From the sequence record OX922092.1: a stretch of DNA of 32,000 nucleotides, one strand, 5' to 3'. Every line of letters starts with the position of its first letter. The first letter of the stretch is position 1. Under the pieces are notes generated by a model. That model made no database searches. It was not told the DNA's origin and was given only the letters and a program-made list of their open reading frames with translations. Positions 10,400 through 20,000 of the stretch are shown here, piece after piece. The translations under genes were made by a program, and so were the position numbers.

Positions 10400-10993
10400 T
10401 CATTCTATATATTTTAAATAGAATAAATTCGGTCTTTGACCCCGTAACGACTTTGCGTTTATTCGCAGGATAGCTATTACCTTTCTTCTACAAGATCTTA
10501 ATATAAGAAGTTTAAGAAGAAAAGTTAGCTATAACACGGCAACTCTTTTAAATATTATTTTAAAAGATGAAAGTATAGTCTAGTTCCTTAAGGAAACTTA
10601 AGGTAGGTCTAAGAATATATTTGATAATTTATTCTTGGACACAGAGACAGTTTGGTCCATATCCGGTATTGGCGTAAGAGCATTGAGAGGAGTCTTTCAT
10701 AGTACGAGAGGACCTGAAAGAATGTGCCAATTGTGTACCAGTTCTCATTCCAATGGGAAACGCTGGGTAGCTATGCACAGAGACGATAAAAGCTGACAGC
10801 ATCTAAGTTTGAAGCTCACCTCAAGATGAGTGCTCTCTAATTAGGTCGCGGGAAGATCACCCGTTTTATAGGCGTTAGGTCTACAGTCAGTAATGGCTTG
10901 AGCTGAGACGTACTAAAGACCAATTGATTTTGATCTAAACATATTCATAATATATGAATATTATTCTTATTCATTTTTAGAATAAACATTAAC

Positions 10994-11117
10994 CCCTTGG
11001 TGCTCCATGTCAGGTTGGACCCACACCTACTCCATCTCGAACTAGGTTGTGAAATAGCCTGAGGGTCTCAATACTAAATGAGCGATCATTTGGAAAATGA
11101 GACCTAGTGCCAGGGAA
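10994..11117 (+). rRNA. rrf: Plastid 5S rRNA
   Basis: cccttggtgctccatgtcaggttggacccacacctactccatctcgaactaggttgtgaaat...gacctagtgccaggg. Helix I forms between ccttggtgc and gtgccagg. The conserved ccatctcgaac(t) motif matches chloroplast 5S CCAUCCCGAAC. It lies about 60 nt after the 23S 3' end. Confidence 0.85.
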
Positions 11118-11127
11118 AACATAAGAA

Positions 11128-11199
11128 TTAGAAACACAAAAACACACACAGACGAAATGAAGCTTAGAAACACAAAAACACACACAGACGAAGTGAAGC
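11128..11199. repeat. 2 x 36-bp tandem repeat
   Basis: ttagaaacacaaaaacacacacagacgaaatgaagc (11128-11163) is repeated at 11164-11199 with one substitution. Confidence 0.95.
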
Positions 11200-11233
11200 G
11201 TCGAGTCTTGCGTACCCGCCTAGCCTGAACGGT

Positions 11234-11304
11234 TTATCCTATTATCCTATTATCCTATTATCCTATTATCCTATTATCCTATTATCCTATTATCCTATTA
11301 TCCT
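11234..11304. repeat. 8-bp microsatellite (attatcct), about 9 units
   Basis: ttatcctattatcctattatcct... read directly. Confidence 0.95.
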
Positions 11305-11357
11305 AGCCTTCCAGGGTGAATTTTCTTCTCTTTAATAAATTGAATTATTTCATTCTG

Positions 11358-11470
11358 ATGTAATAATGTAATAATGTAATAATGTAATAATGTACTAATG
11401 TAATAATGTACTAATGTAATGATGGAATGATGGAATGATGGAATGATGGAATGGTGCAATGATGGAATGG
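11358..11470. repeat. Two adjoining 8-bp arrays: (atgtaata/atgtacta)n, then (gatggaat)n
   Basis: atgtaataatgtaataatgtaataatgtactaatgtaataatgtactaatgtaatgatggaatgatggaatgatggaatgatggaatgg... Confidence 0.9.
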
Positions 11471-11525
11471 TGATATGAATGTAATTATGTGCGATTTGGT
11501 GCGGTTAAGAGCTGTTAAAAGTGGT

Positions 11526-11570
11526 TAATACATCTAATACATCTAATACATCTAATACATCTAATACATC
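11526..11570. repeat. 5 x 9-bp tandem repeat (taatacatc)
   Basis: Read directly. It is preceded by gagctgttaaaagtggtt, which recurs as gagctgttaaaagcggtt at 11691-11708. Confidence 0.95.
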
Positions 11571-11642
11571 TTATTCAAAATTTACAGATTATTCAAAATT
11601 TACAGATTATTCAAAATTTACAGATTATTCAAAATTTACAGA
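11571..11642. repeat. 4 x 18-bp tandem repeat (ttattcaaaatttacaga)
   Basis: Four perfect units counted at 11571, 11589, 11607 and 11625. Confidence 0.95.
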
Positions 11643-11643
11643 A

Positions 11644-11687
11644 GTAAAATTAATGTAAAATTAATGTAAAATTAATGTAAAATTAAT
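11644..11687. repeat. 4 x 11-bp tandem repeat (gtaaaattaat)
   Basis: Units at 11644, 11655, 11666 and 11677. Confidence 0.95.
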
Positions 11688-11706
11688 AAAGAGCTGTTAA
11701 AAGCGG

Positions 11707-11760
11707 TTTAGTGCGATTAGTTTAGTGCGATTAGTTTAGTGCGATTAGTTTAGTGGGCGG
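11707..11760. repeat. About 3.5 x 14-bp tandem repeat (tttagtgcgattag), ending in the GC motif gggcggggc
   Basis: Units at 11707, 11721 and 11735, with a partial unit from 11749. Confidence 0.9.
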
Positions 11761-11789
11761 GGCGTAGTTTAGTGCTATTAAGTGCGATA

Positions 11790-11855
11790 AATCGCAAACA
11801 AGATATTCATATTAATCGCAGACAAGATATTCATATTAATCGCAAATAAGATCTT
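11790..11855. repeat. About 2.7 x 24-bp tandem repeat (aatcgcaaacaagatattcatatt)
   Basis: Units at 11790 and 11814, with a degenerate third from 11838. Confidence 0.9.
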
Positions 11856-12090
11856 AATGGGAAACAAGATATGAATATGAATATGAATATTAATATTAAT
11901 GAGAAACAAGATATGAATATGAATATGAATATTAATATTAATGAGAAACAAGATATGAATATGAATATTAATATTCATATTAATGGGAAACAAGATATGA
12001 ATATGAATATTGAATATGAATATTGAATATGAATATTGAATATGAATATTGAATATTAATGGGAAACAAGATATGAATATGAATGGCAGA
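11856..12090. repeat. Higher-order repeat of about 42 bp (aatgRgaaacaagatatgaatatgaat...attaatatt), 5 units, with nested hexamer (atatga) and 11-mer (atgaatattga) expansions
   Basis: Units begin at 11856, 11898, 11940, 11982 (expanded by 4-5 x atgaatattga) and 12058. Confidence 0.88.
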
Positions 12091-13504
12091 CAAGATTACG
12101 GGAAAAAAAAAATGAGCATTCTTTTTATTTTAAATAATTTTTTAATTAATTTTTAATTAAAAAAGTGGGAAAACCATTAAACCTCCAATTTTGTTTAAGT
12201 TACTAATTACCTAAAAGACTAAAAATCTGTCAGTGGGTACAAAGCCCCTTCTGTCAAAAGAAAACGCTAAAACCTAAATGATTTATGCTTATCTGAAAGT
12301 AAAAACTAAAATATTTTTTTCTGGCAGAAAAAAGAAAAACATTGTTTATATTAAAATTGTAAACAACTCATTTCATTAATATTAATTTTGTCACCTAACG
12401 TTTAAGGTTTAAGTCTTTAAGCGCATCATCGCCTCAATATACTCTAGACGTTTATTATAGCGCCCCCTGCCCCCAACGACAACATATTCCTATATTTATA
12501 TCTTTTAAAGATATAACAACGAAACGTTTTTATATAAAACGAACTAAAATTTATCGTGTAACACAACGTTTCAAAGAAACTAACCAACGCATAGAACGTA
12601 AAGCTCTTATACAATTGACAAAAACAAGAATATTATAACCGAGAGTTTTATGCTAAGATTGGCAGTGATATTATTATATAGTAATTCTAATTTTGTTTAT
12701 TCAGTACTAGAATGCACTAACGACCTCTCTATTTCCGAACGACTAGCTATAAAAAGCAAAACTATTTTAGAGTGTTATATAACGTTATAAAGTATGATGA
12801 TGGCCTGTATAATACGCCATCAGATAGGTATTTAAAAGGTTTAAAACAAACACACAGAATGTTAGTAATAAGATGCCTTTTCAGACGTTCTCTTCAATCC
12901 ATAAATCAAACGTGAAAGTCTCCTATTAGTAGGCTTTTTCCCACATAGATGGTTTATTCGTTATAGGAACCTATTTGTTATATTACAAAAGTATTATAAA
13001 AGATATGATGTATTTATGTTAAAAGGTTTGATATCACTATTAATCTCAATGTGTGAAAATGTTTTATTTAATTTATTTTTTTTGTTGATTTTTTACTTTT
13101 TATAAGTTAGTTACCTATTTGTCTCGTTCTAGAAATATGTTATTTAGTAACCACCATCTTGTTTTTCATCAAGATTGATTTATTCTTCTGGCAAATATAT
13201 TCATTTGTATCCTTATCTATGGAAGGAACCTGAGGCACCTTTTAATACTCCAGTTGTAGTTTAAACTTAACTGTTATTGAATTAAATTCCATGTATCTCG
13301 CATAGCGAGATAATTCAAACCTCGTAATCAGTTCTTTTCAAAGGACTAGTTAGTAATAGTGTAGACGGGTCCGGAAGAGGGGGTTTTAAAAATTATTTAA
13401 TATTACTTTTCCAATTTTAAACTATAGAGAAATTGGTTAGAGTTTCTAAAAGTGAGCTTTTAAATCAATTCTCTTACAATATATCTTTTATTTAAAAATA
13501 AGGA

Positions 13505-13561
13505 GCGGACAAAACAACTTTGTTGTTTTGTCCTAAGGAAAAAACCGTTGGTTTTTTCCGG
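13505..13561. repeat. Short dispersed repeat (double-hairpin palindromic element), intergenic copy
   Basis: gcggacaaaacaactttgttgttttgtcc taa ggaaaaaaccgttggttttttccgg forms two adjacent hairpins. Near-identical copies lie at 22031-22088 and 30695-30751 (opposite orientation), and diverged copies lie inside rpoC2. Confidence 0.9.
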
Positions 13562-13772
13562 TAGTTTTATAAAAAAATCTAATAAAAACTAAAAAAAAGA
13601 AAATAGACTCTGTCCGCTGCGCTAAATTTTCCTATCTAGGAGCGGACGATAAAAGAATTTAAGCGAAGCGGTAAGCTATTTTATAAAAAATAAAAAAGTT
13701 ATAAATTTAAAGACAAAAAATAATTTTTAGCTAATTAAAAAGAATAAACAGATATAACCTAATAGAAAAAAT

Positions 13773-13831
13773 AGAATCCAATACAAATAATTTATTTGTT
13801 GGATTAAAATAAATTATTTGTATTGGATTCT
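13773..13831 (-). terminator. Perfect 23-bp-stem inverted repeat about 240 nt downstream of the rpoC2 stop; a candidate 3' end processing or stability stem-loop
   Basis: agaatccaatacaaataatttat (13773-13795) is the exact reverse complement of ataaattatttgtattggattct (13809-13831). Confidence 0.5.
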
Positions 13832-14073
13832 GAACAAATTAAACATTAAAAATGCGAATAAAAAAGACTAAATAATAGAATTTTAATTTAATAGATTTTT
13901 TTAAGAGAAAAAAGAAAAAATTTTCTTTTTTCCCCTGAGCGGGCGGGGCGTGTTTTACAACAGCGGCTCGGGAAAAAAAAAATATATGAGAAATTATTTT
14001 TGGAAAAGTCTATCAAAAAATGAAAATAAGATGAAAATAAAATGATAATAAAATTATAATAAAATGATAATAA

Positions 14074-17000
14074 TTATAAATCAATATAAACTAAAAAGCC
14101 TGTACCAGCTGGAATTAAATTGCCTAATATAACATTTTCTTTTAAACCTTTAAGGAAATCTTTTTTACGAAAAAGGGCTGCTTTACTTAAAACACGAGTT
14201 GTTTGTTGAAAACTAGCAGCTGATAAGAAACTATCAACTTCTAAAGAGGCTTTTGTAATACCTAAAACTAAAGGCTCGTACGTTATTTTTTTCATTAAAA
14301 AAGTATTAATTTTTTCAACAAAAAATAAATCAAGAACTTCACCCGCAAAAAAGCCTGTTTGAGCTCCATCAATAATTCGAACTTTTGAAGTCATTTGCTT
14401 AACAATAACTTCAAGATGTTTATCAGAAATAGTAACACCTTGGGCTTTATATACCCTATGAACTCCATCAACTAAAATTTGTTGAATTTTATAAAAACTT
14501 TGACGTACGGCTAAATCTAAAGGCAATTTAGAAGAATAACGTTTAAATAAACTTTTTAATAAATACGGTAAACTATCACGAAAGAAACGTCCACGTTTTG
14601 TAGTGCGAGCTTCAAAAAATTGTTCCACTTTAGGAATACCCTGGATAATGTCACCAGTCTTTAATTTTTGATAAGATAAAGTAATAACTGGAGTTTTAGC
14701 ATCAATAAAATCATTATCGAACTTATGAAGTATACCTTTAGGTGAAATAAAAATAGGTTGAGAACGACGTAATGTTATTTTTTGATTATTATAATGAATT
14801 AATTGGCCAGAAGCTTGAATAGCAGTTGTATTAGTTACAGGATCTCCATAAACACAAAAGTCTCCTAAACGGATTTTAATATTTAAATCGTGAGGTTTTC
14901 CACCTGTTAAATTTGAAACTTTTAACAGTTTCGATTCAATATTTGAAATCACTGCTTGATTTTGATAATTATTTTTAGACTGTTCATAATCTTCTGAAGG
15001 TAAAATTGAATTATTAGATTGTGAATTAATGGGTGAGGGCATTGGAGAAGGTAAATTACCTTCATGAAGTTTACATGCTAAATCAAAGTCCAATTTAACA
15101 TCAGTCATATTTAAAAATCTAACTAGAATATCATTAATAGGATAGCTAGGCTGATTTTTATTTAAATAATAAAAATGAGACGTTTTAACAATATCATTTT
15201 TATTTTGTTCTTTATAAGACGATTGGTTAGAATTTATAGACGGGTCCGTTGCATTATTAAATCTATTAGAATAATGGCCTTTAGGTGCTAAATAATAACT
15301 AATTAAATTAGAACTAGTTAAAACCATACATCCTTTAGTTACATTTAATAATACTATTTCGCCATTAAAAGGACTATAAATATTTGTTTTGGCTAAGGGT
15401 CTTATACCTAAAAACATTTCATTTCGTTGACTATATGAAAATAAAGTTGAACTTTGATTCTCACTTGGTGATAATTGATTAGATAGTAGTTTTGAATTTG
15501 AGAATGATTTATTTTTTCTTCCTATTGCTTTAAAACGTTTTGGATATAATTTTGAAACTCCAAAAAAGTCTCGTTGAAGGTTTTCAAAAGTTAAAATAGG
15601 GTTTCTAAATTTATAAATATTTTGAAAACAAAAACATGGACTTTCAACTAATCTTGGTATGAAATCAGCCTGAAGACTTTGTGTTATGCCATCCATATTA
15701 CAGCCCTGCCCCGAACCCGCCTTTAAAGTTGATAAAGACTGTCTAAAGCTCGAATTAAAAACAGACAAGTCTCCCAGTTCATACAGGTTAAAAAAAGATT
15801 CACCACCCTTTTGGAATATCGACGTCTGCTTTCTAATTTTTGGATGAATTTTTTTACGAAATTTTTTAAAATTTCGTTGGGTTAAATAAAAATTTAAAAA
15901 CGATACAAATTGAGATGACAATAATGGAAAACCACGAGACTCAAAATTTGATAGAGATTGATATGATAAAGAAACATTTTGATCTTTAAAAATAGAATCC
16001 AGACCCATTGGTCGACTATACGATATATAAAAAGGTGATAAATTAATAGGTCGTTTTTGTACATTTAAGCCTCTATAATAAGGAGTATTATTTTTTTCAT
16101 TACCTAAAGAAGTTTCAATTGCAACATTTTTATCGATAGACATTGGATAAATTTTGATATCACTTGTTGGGAATTTACCTATAGATTGAGACGCAACTTT
16201 TTGTCGATTATATTGATGACTTTGAAAAAGTTTCTTTTTTAATAAAGAACTAAAATATGGATTAATTAAAGTAGTTTTATAACGCTTATTATGAGTATTT
16301 CGACTAAGTTTACAAATTTTATAAGCAGAATCTTCTTTTAAAGTTGATTCATGAACATAAGTTTTTAATTCTTTAGAATTCATTTTCATATATTCTTCTA
16401 TAGGTTGAATAAGTAATACAAGATTATTATTTTTATTATTATTTTTATCATTATTTTTATCATTATTTTTATCATTATTTTTCTTTTTTTTATAAAAATA
16501 TTTGTCTTCTAAGAGTTGAAGTTGATTTAAATAAGAAAGTAACATTTGACGTTTTTGTTGAATGAAATCCAAATTATTGTTTTGGCTTTGTTTTTCAGAA
16601 TAAAAATCAGAAAAGTGTAAAGAATTTTCTTTAGCAGTAAAAAATTCTTTATTTTTTCCCTTATTATTGAATACATCGTTTTCTGAAGTTTTCGAAGAAA
16701 AAGTACCATTATTAGAATTGAAACCACCATTATTAGAATTTAAAGTACCATTATTAGAATTTAATGTATCATTATTAGAATTTAAAGTACCATTATTAGA
16801 ATCAAAAGTGCCATTATTAGAATCGAAAGTGCCATTATTAGAATTGTATGAGGCTTTAAAATCTTCAAAATTAAATACAAAAACAGAATTTTTCTGATCG
16901 CTGCGCTGAAATATCGAAGAGTTTAAATTTAACGAAGCGTCCAGAGGGCTATTGAAAGCTTCAATATTTTGTCTTTTTGTGGAGCTATTTTCTTCGGAAA

Positions 17001-20000
17001 AGACATTATGCATAGAATCTTTGTTTTGCTGATCAGATTGTATCTCTGATAAATCAGTAGATAAAATAAAGCGAGATTTAAAGTTTTTAATACATTTTTT
17101 ATTTTTAAATCTAGAGGCTTCTAATAGAGAATAAGTTATATCTTTGTTATTTTCAGTTATATTGTTTTGAGAAAAACTTAAATTTGCTAATAAATCTGAA
17201 TGATTGAATGTTGAAAAAAAAGATTGTTTTTCAAAATTAAAAACATCTGTTATTGAATGACATTCTAAATAAAGAGGTCTAGATGCATTTAATTTAAGAT
17301 CATTAATTTGTCCTGGATAAATAATGGTTTTGTGATAAGCTGCCATGTTTAAAGAATTTGTTGTTAAATACACCCAACCTTTTTTAAGATTTAGATGAGT
17401 CATTAGAGTCATAGAATTTTTATCATTGGTTGAATTAGATTGTAAAGGATGAGTATATTTACTTTTAACATTAGACAATTCTTTAGATTTTTCTTCCCTT
17501 CGTAAATTTACTTTTGTTTTATTATTTTGGTTTTGTTTCGACTTTTGTAAAGAAATATTAATTTTGTTTCTCAAATGAGGGGAAATACTGTAAAATGATT
17601 GTTTAAAATTTAATGAAAGTAAATACAATGAAAGTTGTTCTTTATGAGTAAAACAATTAAGTTTTTTTATTTGATTTTTTATTGAATTTGAGATTATATT
17701 CGAGAATCTATATGACGTAGACATCTTAACTTTTTGTGAATCAAGAGGGTTTTGTTTTATACTATCTGAAATTTCATGTTTATTGATATTATTTTTTATA
17801 GTGTGAAGCCCAGATGTTTTTAAAAGTTTATTTGTAGAATTGATAATAAATAAATCGTCGGTCTTAAAAGAAGTTAACCATGTTTGTTTTTGTTTTTTCT
17901 CTTTAAAAGAAGCTAAAGTACAAAATGTAATAAAATGAAAATAGAATGAATTGAAGTGATTATTTAAAGAAAAAACCGGTCGGAAAAAACCTTTTCTTTT
18001 TTCCCCAGAACAAAACAACTTGGTTGTTTTGTCCGCCTCTTTTAAAAAGGTAATAGATTTACTTTTATTCTGGATTTGACTAAAGATACTATTTTGTTTT
18101 TGACTAAGTGATAAATTTGATTCTTTTCGACAATAAATCCATTTTTGATTAAATCCAAAACTCTGATTAATAGACGATTCTTTATATTGTTTAAACGCAC
18201 TAGAATTGAATACATTATTATTATTATTATTGATATTGTTTTTTATTGATGCAAAATCATGTCCGTTTTTCTTCAAAGAACCCATATTTCGAAGAAAATT
18301 CGGAGAATTTTCTTCAACATGCTCTAAATTCAAACCCTTATACGAATTAAAACTAGTTAATAAAGATGGAAAGTCGATATAAGAAGTAAAAGATTTTAAA
18401 TGACCTTGACGATTAATTTGTACAAAAAGAGGAGGTTTTGAAAAAAATAATGCAGCATCTGTTGGACGTACATTAATATAATTATTAAAAGAAGTAAAAG
18501 AATCCGATAATGATTTTTTACTTGAGAAATTCACAGTTCTTATTAATTGAAAAAATTGATTAGGAACCCATAATATACGTTTATTAAAGAATAAATTCAA
18601 ATTATTATTTATATTTATATTTATATTTTTAATCGTATTTTTATGTTTTGAAGAAACATTGAAACGATTATTTAGCATAGATGAATAAAAATGAGTTGTT
18701 TTATCTTTGTTAGAACTATAAAGATTATCCAATGTAGATTTAACACATAATTGATATGAATTTTGCCAACGCATACCAAATTTCCGACATTTAGAAATTT
18801 CCGAACTAAGTGGTTTAAATTTATTTTGTTCTCGTATAAAACCTTTAAATCTATTTAATTTAAAAATAGAAAAGCCTTGTAAATCATGTTGTGTTTTTTC
18901 ATAGTGTAATTCTTGATTTAATTGTTTTATAAAATCAGCTTTAAGAGAAGATGAAAAAGATTGTTTTTTTAACGACATATTAGCATTTGATAAACGTAAA
19001 TTTTTGTTAATTTGTTTATCTTTTGAAGATAAATTAGAAGATTGACGGATATAAGATTCTGTAGTTTTAGATGAATTTTGAGAAGATAAACGAGGTTGAA
19101 GTTTTGTTTGTTGTGGACTTTGTGTACAACCACTACGAAGTAATGGTAAGGGTGAATCTTTTTTATAGAATTTAAATTGAGAACTATAATTTCCTATAGA
19201 TTGGGAAGAAAATTGACGTGGTAAATTTTCTAAATTTTTTGAGTTAATTTTAGGCGGAGAAAACCTTTGGTTTTTTCCGAGCAATTTCGAAAAATCGACC
19301 GAATTGCTCGGAGTAAATCGAAAATTCGAACTTTTAAATTCCTTAGAATTTTCTCTCTCCGCTGCGCTAAATTTATTAGATAACTTTTCGTTTCTTTGTA
19401 AATGGAGAATATTTTTATTTAAAGAATTTTTATTTTCTTCCTTAAAAAGTTTCTCAAAAATCATAAAACCTCCTGTAGAAGTTTGGGCTTGGTAAGGAAA
19501 CCAATGTAACAGAGTTCGATTACCTTTAACGTTTTGTTTTTTTTGAGGAGTTTTAGAATTATTTTGTTTTACAAGGTTAGGACTTATATTAGGATAAATT
19601 TCATACATTCTAAATAATAAATCATTTCCTAAAAATTTAGAACCAAAAAGATTATCTTCAAAAGACGAAGATTTTTTTCGAGAAGTTAAAATATAACCGT
19701 ATTTTTGAAAACGTATTTTTAAAATGTCAAAAAAGAAAAAAGGTTGTGCTATACAAACATTAGAGGCATCCATTCCAATGCCAGACATATCTTTATTAAA
19801 AATATTTTGATATGAAGTAGGACTTAATAATTTAGGTAATCTATATGATAAATTTTTACTACCAAATTGTGGTTCTGTATACGTATAATACATCTTAGCT
19901 GGACCATTATTAAAATTAACATTCCATTGTGTCTGATTCATAGAACTATTTGTATTAACTAAATCTCCTAATTTAGGAAAACAAGTTTCACCTCGTAAAT

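Larger units (their letters stand above)
9532..10643 (+). mobile_element. Group I intron in rrl after the position equivalent to E. coli U2596, 3 nt downstream of the I-CreI/Cr.LSU site. Borders are ambiguous by 1-2 nt.
   Basis: The exon reads ...cagaacgtcgt (t9531) and resumes gagacagtttggtcc (g10644). P1 candidate: exon gtcgt (9527-9531) with gcgac (9540-9544), giving U.G at the splice site. R-like ccgtaacgactttg is at about 10441 and S-like aagtatagtctag at about 10570. A ga repeat at both junctions allows three placements of the borders. Confidence 0.8.

Noticed and set aside
11490-11760. GTGCG strings as possible group II intron 5' ends (psaA trans-splicing exons)
   Set aside because: All occurrences lie inside tandem-repeat units (gtgcgattag...). 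No upstream psaA-like coding exon and no domain V-like hairpin was found.
11778-11993. 71-aa ORF (minus strand) with an NINIHIHILF periodic sequence
   Set aside because: It is a translation artefact of the 6-, 24- and 42-bp tandem repeats. Its periodicity simply mirrors the DNA repeat.
11128-12090. Possible CRISPR array
   Set aside because: The repeats are contiguous with no unique spacers. Units are 6-42 bp and differ between arrays. There are no cas genes, and the context is plastid.
16527-19495. ORFs 16527-16730 (-), 16667-16897 (+) and 19304-19495 (+)
   Set aside because: They are alternative-frame or antisense ORFs nested in rpoC2, generated by its in-frame minisatellites and low-complexity sequence.
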